From the NCBI RefSeq assembly GCF_009914755.1, contig NC_060926.1: a DNA stretch of 64,000 nt, one strand, 5' to 3'. The notes beneath the pieces were generated by a model that did no database searches, was not told the DNA's origin, and saw nothing but the letters and a program-made list of their open reading frames with translations. Positions within the stretch are counted from its first letter, which is position 1. The number at the start of each line of letters is the position of its first letter. Of the stretch, positions 1 to 20,030 are shown piece by piece. Made by a program: the position numbers and the translations under genes. The stretch comes from the human T2T-CHM13v2.0 reference genome, Homo sapiens.

Positions 1-865
1 GGTCATTTCAGCCATGAGCAAGGTTGACATTCGGCTTGACAGGCATGGCTGTGTGTGGCTTGTGTGTGTTCTGGCTGTTGGTCAGAGGCTGTGCCACACC
101 CGTTGTTAAATATTTTGCACTGCAGATGTTGGGGAGGCCCAAATTCATGCTCTTGTACCCGACGTGGAGCTGATCCCAAACACTGACACATGGGTGCTTG
201 GAGATAGAGAAAGTTGTATTCGATTTGGCCAAAGCAAGAAGGCAGGAGAGCAAGATCTCTCAACTTCAGTTCAACAAAGAAGCAGCAGCAGAATGTTTTT
301 ATGCAGCTAGAGAGTGAGGAAGGGGGAGTTCAGGGGGATTGAGAGGAAAAGTCTGTGTTTCCTCAGTCTGAGATAACACCTTGTGCAACCAGGCTTCTCA
401 GTGTCAGCAGCTGGTCACAGTGTCCTTCAAGGCATTCATTCCTTCTGCAAACTTTTCCTGACCCTGAAGGAATGTCTTCCTGCTGAACAAAGAAACAGTG
501 CATGAGCAGTTTATCATTATGTTGTGGGAACAAGGAATATTGGACCAAAAGCAAGTGGTTAACATGTGCAAGCCAGCAACGGTCTGATCAGAATGTTCAT
601 TATTTCAGTCACTAAAACATGGTATGGTGCTGAAATCTCAAGGGGCCCAATTACAAGGATGCAACATATACAAGATAGGCAAAAGCAAAACCTAACAGAA
701 AAAGCCCTTTTCCACACCAACTTACATGCTATTGAAGGGAAACTTCCCTTCCAAAGATTAGCTAACCTATTGATGATCAGCCACGCTGGGCCCGTCATCT
801 AGGTTAGGTAGTTTGGACTCTATTCCAAGAGCAAGGGGAGGACATTGATATGCACAGAGGGGAGG

Positions 866-912
<47 letters not shown>

Positions 913-2196
913 CGCAAGCATCACTCTGGCTGCAGGTGGACAATGGATCTGAGGAGGTAGGAATGGAAGCAGCTACCCCTCAAGGCTCATGCCACATCCA
1001 GGCAAGAGCGGGGCCTCCAGTACAGGGATGCAGGTGCTCACTGTACAAGAGCAGCTGGCCCAGAGGCTCTGGTGGGAGCTAAAACTGGGCCTCCCTCTGG
1101 TTGCCAAGCCATGAGCCATGGCACGAAACTGAGACTGGCCAAAGGAAAAGGCAACCTTTTCTTATTTGCTCAAAGGCGTTGCTTGCCTGCTAAACTCTGC
1201 ATCCAGTGGGCTGCATGGCTTGAGGCTGTGCCTAGCTCTGGGTTCACAAAGAAGCCGCCTGGGTTAGCAGAGGCCCATGAGACAGCAGTGGCTTCACCAG
1301 AGGGAGGAAGTCAAGAAAGTGAGACATGAGCCGTATGGAGGTGCATTTGGGGCAGAAATGGCAGGAGTTGGAATGATTCACACAGGGAGGAGGATGAGGA
1401 AGGGCTCAGAGACGACAGCCAGGCTTCTGGTAGGGGCATTCAGGAAAACACTGGAGAGAGCCCAGATCTGGAAAAGTCAAGGCTTCCCCTAAAGGTGCTG
1501 CCCTGCAGCCTTCCTCAGCAGAAACCAGAAGCTGGGAGTCAGCAGCAGGAACCCAGGGCCAGCCAGTGGAGGCTGCTGAGATTCCAGATCTTTGGTACCC
1601 AACACCACCTCCGAGGAAAAGTCTAAGGAGCATCAAGTCTGGGCAGGAAGTCCATGGCTCATCTTTAGAGTGTTCTCGCAACATTTCAGTGTCAAGCAGG
1701 AGTTGGCCTAGGAATCAAAAGAGGTGAGCGGTGGCTCCAAAGCACCACTGAGTACTTCTAGTGTGAGTCTAACCAATATTCAGTCAGAAACCTGCCGGTC
1801 ACGTGGAGGGGGAGAGGTTTGTGCTCCGTCCCTGTGTGCTGTCTCTCCCTCCATGCTCACCCGTGGCTGTGGCTTCCTCAAAACACAGCGACCTCACTTG
1901 ACATTCAGGCGTCTCTTGCTCCCAGGATTTACTGTGACTTCTGCATTTTTGTAGCTTTCCTGATAAAAGCCTGGGCTTTCCTTGTCGGACCTGAAAGATT
2001 CATTTATTCATTCAACAAACAGTGGCCGAAGGCTTGTTATGTGCTGTGCCTGGACTTGGCATGAAGGCACCAGATGTCAGAAGCGAGGCTGCTGCCCAGG
2101 AGGACACACCTGATGGGGCTCTGGGACCAGGACGATGGTGGAGACATCACATCCGGAATAACTTTGTTAGGAAGGTGAACTTGACAGTTAGGACTT
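1..2196. repeat. Segmental duplication copy A (presumed NAT8 upstream region), paralogous to 59716-61919
   Basis: Direct alignment: position 1 GGTCATTTCAGCC matches 59716; similarity continues to ...CAGTTAGGACTT (2196 / 61919); ORF-track peptides 363..554 and 60077..60268 are identical. Confidence 0.97.
868..916. repeat. (GT)19 microsatellite with CGCGCACGCA extension
   Basis: Visible dinucleotide run; paralogue at 60582-60643. Confidence 0.97.
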
Positions 2197-5423
<3,227 letters not shown>

Positions 5424-5829
5424 AACACTCCATCCTTATCTATAACCCAGCATTCTTCTATACCCCATAGAAAGCACCCCTTACACTCGGACATGCACAG
5501 GAAGGAAGCTGCTAATTGGAGGGAAGACTCACTCACACTGTCCCCAGGCTCCACTCCAAAGGTGGCCAGTGCAGCTCTTTCACCTCCATTACCTCCAAGT
5601 GGTGCTGTCACTCACAGTAAGCCCAGAAGAGCAGGCTGACCTCCACATGGAGCCCCCTCATTTCCACTCCTCACTGCTGGCTGCTGGCTCCACGGACCCT
5701 CTAAAACCACCCTTGGTAAGATCACCAGGGGTTTCCTAACTGCCAAGTACCAGTAATGCTTTATAGTCCTCAAACATGCTGAACGCTAAGGGAGTTCCTG
5801 CATTCATAAAGCTGCTTGCGGTACCTGGG

Positions 5830-6191
5830 TGCTATGGTCTGAATATGTCCCCCCTAAACTCCTATGTTGAAACCTCATCCCCAAGGTGATGGTATTCAGA
5901 GGTGGGATCTTGGGAGGTGATTAGGTCGTGAGGATGAAGTCTTCACCTATGGGATCAGTGCCCTTACAGAAAGACCCAAAGGAGCTTGTTTGCCCCTTCC
6001 GCCATATGAGGATACACAAAAACCGCCATTTATGAGGAACAGGTCCTCACCAGACATAAATCTACTGGCACTTTGATCTTGGATTCCCAGCCTTCAGAGC
6101 TATGAGAAATAAATTTCTGTTTACAAGCTAAATGTAAAGTGTTTACCAGTTTATGATAATTGTGTTATAACAGACCGTATGAACTAAGGCA
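5830..6191 (+). mobile_element. MaLR solo LTR (MLT1A-like)
   Basis: TGCTATGGTCTGAAT start, AATAAATTTCTGTT polyA region, GAACTAAGGCA end. Confidence 0.75.
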
Positions 6192-6797
6192 CTGGAGTCA
6201 GTCCAAGAGCTTAGATGTAAGGGAAATAAGATCAGAGCAGAGATGTGCAAGAGACTGGCTCCTAGCAGAGCAACTAAGAGTCAGGCAAATAATGTCAACT
6301 GAGGAGGCTTCTGGGTCCAGCAGCCACCCAGCTGCTTTAACACATGGCTCTTCATTTCCTATCCCCTTCTCTCCTGGTCTGTCTTTCCCTCTTTGATGGT
6401 TCTTTTTCAAGCTTTCATTTTGAGTGTTCCTCAAATGGAAGTTTTCCTCAAAACAGAAAAGTTCATATTTCCTTCCTAATAATTAATAGGAAAAAAATGC
6501 CAAATGGATAGAATGGACTCCGGATAAGAATGGAGAATTTTTTAAAGAAGAAGCAAATATGGTTTATGAATATATTTTAAAACTGTGCAAAAAAGAATAT
6601 ACAAAAAAACTCACTAGAAATCAAATAAATAAAAATCAAATTAATATCCAGGTTTTACCTATCATTGTAAAGAATTAAAAGAATGGTATGAGCTAATATA
6701 GGACAAGCACAAAGAAATGTGCAGACACACACACTTTTGACGGAATACTGAAATGGGAGATCCATGCTGGAGAATCATTACACAGCATGTCAAAATC

Positions 6798-7099
6798 CTT
6801 TTTTTAAATCAAAACAGAGTCTCGCTCCATTGCTCAGGCCAGAGCGCAGTGGCAGAGTCATAACTCACTGTAACCTCAAGCTTACAGGTTCAAGTGAGCC
6901 TCGGCCCTTGTCCTCCTCTCAAGTAGCTGGGCCTACAGGCACCCACCACCACATCTGGCTAATTAAAAAAAAAGTTTTTTTTAGAGACGGGGTCCTGCTA
7001 TATTGCCCAGACTGGTCCCTAATCCTTGGGCTCAAGCAGTCTTCCCACCTCAGCCTCCCAAAGCACTGAGATTTCAGGAGTGAGCCACCCTGCTCGACC
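6798..7099 (-). mobile_element. Alu (AluJ-like) within old L1ME fragments
   Basis: Diverged two-arm Alu: AGAGTCTCGCTCC...CTCCCAAAGCACTGAGATT. Confidence 0.85.
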
Positions 7100-7659
7100 T
7101 CAAAGTCCTTTGAAAAGACTTGATCGAAATTCAACTTCTAGGGTTAGAGCTCAAGAAAGTAACTGGTCAAATGTGCAAAGATGTTTGCATAAGGATGTTT
7201 ATCACTGTAAAGTTTATTGTCATAGAAGCAACCGAAAGTGCAACAAGAGGGGACTGGCTGAATAAATCCTGCTCTATTTCTGTAGCACAGTACCTCACAG
7301 CCATGACCAATGCTGATGAGGGTTTACTGACATGAAAAACATTGCCCAACTATAGCACCAAGCAAGAAAAGATTATAAAACAATATGTTTGGATTTATTT
7401 TTGGAAAAATGGTATTGAAAAATGATATCCACAAACAAGCATGCAGAGAGAAAAGTCTGAGTGGTTCCACCAAATGTTGGTAGCAGTTACCTCTGAAAAG
7501 AGGAATTGTGGGGGATTCTCTGCATAAAAGATAAACTCTGAAGGTCTTTGCACATTCTAGGCACTTGACCCTGCTTTCAGACAGTGAAACTGAATCTTGG
7601 GAGTCTAAAGGGACTCAGTTATGATTGTGAGCTCCTAAAGGTAAGACCCGTGTTCGGTT

Positions 7660-8270
7660 TTATTTTATTATTTCAATTAATCCTATTAATGTGCACAATT
7701 CAGTGGCATTTAGTACATTCACAATATTGTGCAACGACCACCCCTTTCTTGTTCCAAATCATTTTTATCACCGCAAAAGGAAATTCCTTATTCATTAAGT
7801 GGTTCCCCCTTATTTCCCTCTCTCCCCAATCCCTGGCAACCTAATCTGCTTTCTGTCTCTATGGATTTATTTATTGTGGATACTTCATATAAATGGAATT
7901 GTACAATATCTGACCTTTTATGTGTGGCTTCTTTCAGCTGATGTTTTCAAAATTCATTCGTATTGCATCATGCATCAGTACTTCATTCCTTTTTAGGGCT
8001 CAATAATATTCCATGTATGTTTATACTGCACTTTGTTTATCCATTCATTCATTGATGGACATTAAGGTTCTTTCTACGTTTTGGTTATTGTGAATGGTGC
8101 TGCTGTGAACATTCAGGTACAAGCAGTTATTTGAATACCTATTATCAATTCTTTCGATGTATACCTAGGAGCAAAATTGCTGGTTCATATTTTAATCCTG
8201 TTTAACATTTTGAGGAAATGCCAAACTGTCTTCCAAAGTGTCAGCTGTAGTTTACTTTCCCACCAGCAGT
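7660..8270 (-). mobile_element. Old L1M 3' fragment
   Basis: Antisense L1MB/MC-type motifs (CAATTCAGTGGCATTTAGTACATTCAC, CCTGGCAACC, TTTATCCATTCA). Confidence 0.75.
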
Positions 8271-8349
8271 GAACCTTATTTTACTCCACTGCCTGCCTCA
8301 GCACTACTGCCTAGAACATAAAGGGAAGAAGCAATAGCTGTTTTTTTAC

Positions 8350-8570
8350 CAAGAAGTTATTAGATGCCCAGCACTGTGAGAAAGAGGGCTTCCCATGTTG
8401 TGCAATTTCATGTTAACAGCCTTGGAGCTAAGGTTGGTATTATTAACATCCCCATTTGGCAAATGGGAAACTGAGGTCCAGAAACCTGAGGTTTCCTCTC
8501 CACGGCCCCATATGGGAAGTGAAAGCTCAAACCTAAGGTAGCTCTGACTCCAAAGCCTGCACTGTTTTAC
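8350..8570. mobile_element. MIR fragment
   Basis: MIR core-like TATTATTAACATCCCCATTT..AAATGGGAAACTGAGG...CTGACTCCAAAGCC. Confidence 0.6.
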
Positions 8571-10120
8571 TTTTTCAGTACAGCATGCTGACCCTGCAGG
8601 CAGGGATTTGACAAGTGTTTAGTGAGTCTGAAATTCACATAAAGCCTCACAAGCCCAGAGAAGCAGCTCTGTGTGGAGGCGCATAAGATTCACCAGTAAG
8701 GCCCCATCACCCCCATCCTGTTGCCAGTGGTCAGGACACCCTTGACCAAATTCCCATATGTGACTAAGGCTCTATTCCTTCTTCAAGATCCAGTTTAGTG
8801 CTACCTGCTCCGTCCACTTCTGACCACCCAACCAGATGAATCTGGTCCCAGTCCCTCCCTCCTTGGAAGCCTTTGCATTTCTCATTAAGCACTTGTATTG
8901 CTGCCATTTGTTGCTTACTTAATAATTAACTTATCATAGTTAATTAGACTAGAAATTAACAGTTCAACTACCCTGATAAACTATTTTGTCTTTCTATTGC
9001 CTCTATGAACCTGATTATAATAAATCATTGTATTGTTGGAGTCACTGTTATTCCCAGAGCTGTCAGGTTTCAGAGCAGCGTGTCAGTGCCACCCCATGCC
9101 TGCATCCGGGAAGATCACTCCTCCACTGGACCAGCCCAGCCTGGAAAGGGGCCAGTGAGGCGGAAGGTGGACAATCCAGGGCCAATACATTCTGGGAGTC
9201 TCAGAGGAAGAGAAAAATCGATTCAGACTCATTTAACATAGGCTCCTGGAAAGGATATCATCTCCCCCAATCTCTCATCAATAACCCAACATCAGATCAG
9301 TGCCCTGGACTTATCATATGAAGCAGAATGAAAGTAGACAGATAGGTCATCCTTGGTTAGATGTCCAGAAATCCGAGGATGGTGGTCCTAGCTCTTCAGA
9401 GAGGACACGTTCTTTAACCTAACCTTTTAACAAATTCTCTACAGAAGATATCAGGTCCCAACATTTCAAGTAGCTTCGTAGATATAGGTAATCAAAGGAC
9501 TAATTATGAAAGTGTAGATGGGTAGAGGGGAGCAACAAGGATGGCACAGGAACCCATAGCCCTGAGGAGGAGGGAGAGTTGTTGGAACCTGAAAGGACCT
9601 GGGCAGAGCAGGCTGCCCTTAGAGCAGGCCTGGGGCCAAGGCACAATCAATACCAAGCCTGCCTCACGCTCTCTTCCCTCCACTCCTCAACTTGCTGCTG
9701 GCTTTCAGAAAAGTTAAGAACTTGCCATTTCTACCCCTTTGCCATTGTTGTTGTCTTACCATAAGGCGGGGAGCAATATAGTATCCAGTTTTCTAGATAT
9801 GGAAGTGGAAATCAGGTGTATATACCCAGTATATTAGTACCTATTAGTATTCTTATTGGTATTACTTTCTAGATGTTATGTAACTGTAGCTTTGGATTTT
9901 CTATTTAATTCAAAAGACATATAAGAGTTTTTTTTTTGCTAATTCCATGTTGGATTTATTGTCACTACTTATTAAGTTATAATTTTAATGTATTGTGATT
10001 AGAGATTGTACTGTGTTCTAATTGTGTTTTAAGGATACATAGAGATTTTCTTTGTGGCTAAATATAAGTAATCCATGGGTGTTTTAAAGAAGGTAGAGTT
10101 TCCAAATAGAGTATGACATT

Positions 10121-10445
10121 CCAGTCACTGTCAGATTCCACACAACATTTCAGTCAGCCACAGAACATATAAATGATAGCAGTCCCATGAGATTAAAATA
10201 GTATATTTTTCCTACACCTTTTCTTTATGTAGATATTTTAGATACACAAATACTTACCACTGTGTTAAAATTACCTACAATAGTCAGTAGAGTAACATGC
10301 TGTACAGGTTTGTAGCCTAGGAGCAATAGGCTATACCTTATAGCCTAGATGTGTAGTAGGCTGTACCATCTAGGTTTGAGTAAGCATACGCTGTGATGTT
10401 CACACAACAATGAAATCACCTAACAATGCATTTCTTAATATACAT
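10121..10445 (+). mobile_element. Tigger3/MER7-like DNA transposon fragment
   Basis: TAGCCTAGGAGCAATAGGCTATAC...GTAGGCTGTACCATCTAGGTTTG motifs. Confidence 0.7.
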
Positions 10446-10568
10446 CTATTAAATCATTTTATTAATTAAATTAATTATATTCTTCCTGAATATTGATTTT
10501 CTTAATCTGTCGAGAACTTCAAAGAGTATATTTTAAGTTAATTGAATATAGATTTTGTTAATTGAATG

Positions 10569-10572
<4 letters not shown>

Positions 10573-10652
<80 letters not shown>
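10573..10652. repeat. (TA)23 followed by T34 (Alu tail)
   Basis: Visible simple repeats. Confidence 0.97.
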
Positions 10653-10653
<1 letters not shown>

Positions 10654-10934
10654 AGAAGGAATCTGCCTCTGTCACCCAGGTTGGAGGGCAGTGGCGTGAT
10701 CTCGACTTACTGCAACCTCTGCCTCCTGGATTCAAACGATTCTCCTGCCACAGCCTCCTGAGTATCTTGGACTATAGGTGTGCACCACCACACCCGGCTA
10801 AGTTTTGTATTTTTAGTAGAGATGGGGTTTCACCATGTTGGCCAGAATGGTCTCAAACTCCTGACCTCAAGCGTTCCACCCACCTCGGCTTCCCAAAGTG
10901 CTGAGATTACAGGCATGAGCCACAGCACCCGGCC
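10619..10934 (-). mobile_element. AluS
   Basis: Full two-arm Alu with poly-T; TSD-like TGGTT(TT)ATATATA on both sides. Confidence 0.92.
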
Positions 10935-12685
10935 TGGTTATATATATTTTTATTTTCGGCACATAAATATTAATGACATGAATATTAATGACACTTTTTT
11001 CACTGTGAATCATACCATAAATCATATAAAGTAACTTTTATTTTACATTTTGAATATGTTTTGCCTTTTATTCTACTTCATCCAATACAGTTTTATTAAA
11101 TGTGGATTTGTACCATTGCTCTTTGTCCATCCTTTTACTTTTGGCTTTTCTGAGTCACTTCACTCAAGTGGAAGTAGCACCTACTTGAATTTAACTTTTT
11201 TCCCCCACCCAATTTGAAGGTCTTTTTTTGAAGTGAGTTCAACTTAAGTTCATTGTTGTAACAAATATGTTTGGTTTAAATTTTATCATTTCCCTTTTTG
11301 TTTTTTTTCCTTTTCTGGTAAACTTATTAAGTTAATGTTTGTTAAACTAAATTCCATTTCAAACGGTGGGGAGGAGTAAAAAACACCTAACATAAAGTTT
11401 ACCATCTTAAGCATTCTTAAGTGTACAGGTCAGTAATGTTAAATATATTCACATTGTTGTGAGACAGATCTCCAGAACATTTGAATATTGCAAACCTGAA
11501 ACTCTATACCCATTGAATAACAACTTCCCTTGTCCTCCTCCCCCAGCTTCTGGTAACCACCATTCTACTTTCTGTCTCTGTGAATTTGTCGATACCAAGT
11601 TTGGAAGATAAGAAATATCTTTTAATTCCTGATTTTGTGTGATAAGAGAAATAAAATATCTACCCTTTAGTGACTGACTCATTTCACTTAGCATAAGATC
11701 CTTAAGATTCATCCATGTTGTAGCATGTGACAGGATTTCCTCCCTTTTTAAGTCAGGATAATTTTCCGTGGGTTGTGTGTGCCACATTTATGTATCCATT
11801 CCTCAGTGGATGGGCATCTGTGTTGCTTCCACATTTGCCTATTGTGAGTTGTGCTGCTGTGAGCATGGGTATGCTGTTAGCTTTTTAAGTCCCTGCTTAC
11901 TGTGCTTTTGGAGACATACTCAGAAGAGGGATTACTGAATCAAATGGTAGTTCTAAGTTTCACCTTTGGAGGAATCTCAATACTGATTTCCAGAGCAGTT
12001 GTGCCATTTTACATTGCCACCAACAGCACACATGAGACCCATTTTATCTACATCCTCACCAATACTTGTTATTTTCTTTTTTTTTAATAATGACCGTCCT
12101 AGTGGGTGTGAGGTGATATTTCATTGTTGTTTTGATTTGCATTGCTCTGATGATTGGCGATATAGAGCATCTTTTCACATGCTTGTTGGCCATTTGTATA
12201 TCAACTTTGGAGAAATGTCTATTCAATTCCTTTGCCCATTTTTGGTCAGGTTATTGATTTTGTTGTCATTGTTGAATTCTGAGAGTTATTTGTGTATTCT
12301 GTATATCAGAATCATGAGTTGCAAATATTTTCTCCCAATCCGTAGGTTGTCTTTTACTCTGTTGAATGCATCCCCTGAGGCACAACTTAAGCCTGGTGGT
12401 CCCATTTGTCTATTTTTGCTTTTGTTGCCTGTGCTTTTGGTGTCATATTCAAGAAAGCACTGCCATATTCAATGTCACAAAGCCTTTCCTCTATGTTTTC
12501 TTCCAAGACTTTGATAGTTTTAGGCCTTACACATAGGTCTTTAATCCATTTTGAGTTAATTTTTTTACATAAGACTAGAGTCCAACTTCATTCTTTTGCA
12601 TGTGAATGTCCAGGTTTCCAAGCATCATTTGTGAAAAATCTGTTCTTTTCCCATTGAGTGGTCTTGGCACCCTTGTCAAAAATCA

Positions 12686-12989
<304 letters not shown>

Positions 12990-13007
12990 TCATTTGACCA
13001 TATGTGA

Positions 13008-13719
<712 letters not shown>

Positions 13720-14025
13720 ATAATATATGTTTCTTTGAGCTGTTTTTCTGATAACTTAGCGGCCATGTAATCTAATTAACTAATATCCTTCAACCACTTT
13801 CTCAATCTATCACTCTCAGACACGAAACAGTATCTGTTGACTCTATCATATGAAAAATTAAGAAAGTGACTGCACTTCTCCCCACCTGTGCCCCCACATA
13901 CAGACATTCCCCCAACTAACCAATAATGGTTATATTTTGTGGATTTTGTGTCAGCTCATTGTAGTAGTATTACTACATTGACTAGCTTTACTTATTCGTG
14001 GATTCTTGTAGGTTTTTAAGATTTT

Positions 14026-14400
14026 ATACTATGCAGCCATAAAAAATGATGAGTTCATGTCCTTTTTAGGGACATGGATGAAATTGGAAATCATCATTCT
14101 CAGTAAACTATCGCAAGAACAAGAAACCAAACACCGCATATTCTCACTCATAGGTGGGAATTGAACAATGAGATCACATGGACACAGGAAGGGGAATATC
14201 ACACTCTGGGGACTGTTGTGGGGTGGGGGGAGGGGGGAGGGGTAGCATTGGGAGATATACCTAATGCTAGATGACGAGTTAGTGGGTGCAGCGCACCAGC
14301 ATGGCACATGTATACATATGTAACTAACCTGCACAATGTGCACATGTACCCTAAAACTTAAAGTATAATTAAAAAAAAATTGAACAAAATAAAAAAAAAA
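14026..14400 (+). mobile_element. 5'-truncated young L1 (L1PA2-like) 3' end
   Basis: L1 3'UTR with G-tract and poly-A; TSD AAGATTTTA (14018-14026 / 14399-14407); GATGACGAGTTAG (GAG, not ACA/ACG) and CTTAAAGTATAAT indicate non-Ta. Confidence 0.9.
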
Positions 14401-14449
14401 GATTTTAAGTCTAGTTACTTTTCTAGGGTATGTCTCAATGTAGGTCAAG

Positions 14450-17400
14450 CTCTGTTTTTTTATTAATTGAGATAAAATTCACATTCCATACAATTCTTTT
14501 TTAGTATATAATTCAGCATGTTTTTGTATATTCAGAAAGTTATACATCCTTCACCCCTAATTCCTGAACATTTTTGTCTCCCCAAAAAGAAACCGTGTGC
14601 CCATTAGCAGTTACCTCCCATTACCCTTGTTCTTGCACCCCCGCCTCGCCCTGGCAACCACTAATCTACTTTCTGTCTCTATGGGTTTGCCTATATGAGA
14701 CATTCCACATAAATGGAATTGTAAAATATGTGGCTTTTTGTATCTAGCTTCTTTGACTTAACATGATATTTTTAAGGTTGTAGCGTATATCAGTACTTCA
14801 TTTTTTGGTTTGCAGAATAAAATCCGTTACGTGGATTTACAACATTTTATTTATATATTCATGAATGGATGGATACTTGGGTTGTTTGTACTTTTTTACT
14901 TTCACAAATAATGCTGTTATAAATTGTTATAGATTGTGTACACGTTTTTGTGTGGACATAATTTTTTCAGTTCTCTTGGATATATACGTAGGAGTAGAAC
15001 AGCTGGGTCATATGGTAACTCTCTGTTTAACCTTTGAGTAACTCCCCAACTGTTTTCCAAAGTGGCTGTGCCGCATTATATTTCCACCAGGATCATATTA
15101 GGGTTTCAGTATTTCCACGTCCTCGTCAATAATTGTTATTTTCTGATTTTTGATTATAACCATCCTAATGAGTGTGAAGTGTCATCTCATTGTGGTTTTG
15201 ATTTGCATTTCTCTAATGACTAATAATGAGAAGCACCTTTTTAAGTGCCTATTAGCCATTTGAATATCTTCTTTGCAGAAATTTCTATTCAGATCCTATG
15301 CTCATGTTTAAATTGGCTTATTTTTGTTCTTTTATTATTGGGTTCGACGTGTTCTCCATATATTCTGAACAGCAGTCCCTTATTCACTATGTAATTTGAA
15401 AACATGTCTCCCATTCTTTGGGATGCTTTTCACTTTCGATGGTATCATTTGCAGTACAAAATTTTTAGTTTTGACAAAGTCCAATTTATCTACTTTTGTC
15501 ATTTGTGTTTTTCATGTTGTGTTTAAAACTATTGCCTAACCCAACATCACACACAAAAAAAGTTTACTTCTTTGCTTTTTTCTAAGAGTATTATAATTTT
15601 AGCTCTTAAATTAGGGTCTATGATCATTTTTTAGCTAATTTTTGTATGTAATGTGAGGCAGGGGATACAGTTTCATTTTTTGCATATGGATATCCAGTTG
15701 ACCCCGCACCATTTGTTGCAGAGACTATTCTTTCTTCCATTAAATTGTCTGGGGTCCTTTGCCAAAAATTAATTGACCATAAATGTAAGAGTTTATTTCT
15801 AGACTCTTAATTCTATTTCATTGATCCATATGTCTCTGCAAATGCCACCACCACACCGTCTTGTTGTGGTGTTCTTGTGGTAAATTTTGATGTGTGAGTC
15901 CTCCAACTTTGTTTTTCTTTTATAAAATTGCTTTAGCTATTTATGGGTTCTGTGAACTTTAAGATCAGCTTGCCAGTCTCTGAAAAAAAATAAAAGGCAG
16001 CATGAATCTTGGTAGGGATGTCATTGAATCTATAGTTGGAATTGGGGAGTACTGACATCTTAAAAATATTAAGACTTCTAATCTATGAACATGGGATCTA
16101 TTCCCATTTAGTTAAGTCTTCTTTCATTTCTTTCAACAATGTTTATAGTTTTTACTTCTTTGCAGTTCGGCACATCTGTCATTAAATGTATTTCTATATA
16201 TTTTCTTCTTTCTAATGCCATTGTAAATGAATTTGTTTTCCTAATTTCATTTCTAGGTTGTTTACTGCTAGTGTATAGAAATACAACTGATTTTTCTTAC
16301 ATTGATCATAGATTGTACAAGCTTGCTGAACTTGTTTATCAGCTCTAATAATTTGTGTGTGTATATGTGTGCCTTAGGATTTTCTATATAGAATACCATG
16401 TCATCTTCAAATAGAGATGGTTTTTCTTTCTAATCTTATGCTATTTTTTCTTTTTCTTTGCTGATTGCCTTTGTTTGAACCTCCAGAACTATGTTGAATA
16501 GAAGTGGCAAGAATGGATGTCCTTGTCTTGTTCCTAATCTTAAAAGGGAAAGCTTGACAGTCATTAAGCATAATATGAGGGATGAGTTATTTGTAGATGC
16601 CCTTTAACGGGTTGAGGAAGTTCCCTTCCATTCCTAGTTGGTTGAGTGTTTTTACCATGAAAGGGTTTTTTATTTTGCCAGAAGCCTTTTCTATTTCTAT
16701 TGAGCTGATTATATGTTTTCCCTTTATTCTATTAATATGGTGCATTATATTGATTTATTCATATGATAAACCAACCTTGCATTCCTGAGATAAATCCCAC
16801 TTGGTTTTGATGTGTAATCCCCTTTCTGTCTTCTTGGATTCAGTGAGCTAGTATTTTTGTAGTATTTTACATCTGTAGTCACAAGGGATATTGGTCTGCA
16901 GTTCTGTGATATCTTCGTCTGCCTTTGATATCAGGATAATACTGGCCTACATAGAAGGAATCAAGAAGTGATCCTTCTGATTATGTTTTTTCGTATGAGA
17001 TTGTGAATAATTGGTGTTACCTCTTCTTTAAATATTTGGCAGAACTTATCAGTGAAGCTTGGTCCAAGCTTTACTTTTGGAGAAGTTTTCTGATTATTAA
17101 CTCAGTCTTTTCTCATTATAAGCCTACTGAGATTTTTTATTTCTTCTTGAATCGATTTTGATCATTTCTTTATCTAGAAATTTGTCTACTTAATCTAGGT
17201 TGTCTAATATCTTGGTATATGATTGTTCATAGTATCCCCTCATCCATTCTTAATTTTAGTGATTTGAGTCTTCGGTTTTTCCTTGGTGAATCTAGCTAAA
17301 GATTTCAGTTTTTGTTGATGTTTTCAAAGACCAAACTTGGTTTCTTTAATTTTCTCTTGCATTTTCCTAATCTCTGTTTTATTTATTTCCATTCTAACAT

Positions 17401-17479
17401 TTAGCATTTCCCTCCTTCTACTTATTTTTGTTTTAGTTACATAGAACTTTAGTTACGTAGAGCTCATCTTTTTCTAATT

Positions 17480-17480
<1 letters not shown>
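14450..17480 (-). mobile_element. Old L1M (MA/MB-type) 3' half, degenerate
   Basis: Continuous T-rich antisense L1 ORF2/3'UTR motifs. Confidence 0.8.

Positions 17481-20030
<2,550 letters not shown>

Noticed and set aside
363-554. Identical 63-aa ORF in both duplicate copies as a conserved microprotein
   Set aside because: Identity extends equally into non-ORF flanks, so conversion explains it; non-ATG start and no recognisable motif.
10538-11034. YIYIY/FFFF and Alu-like ORFs
   Set aside because: Translations of (TA)n, poly-T and Alu sequence.
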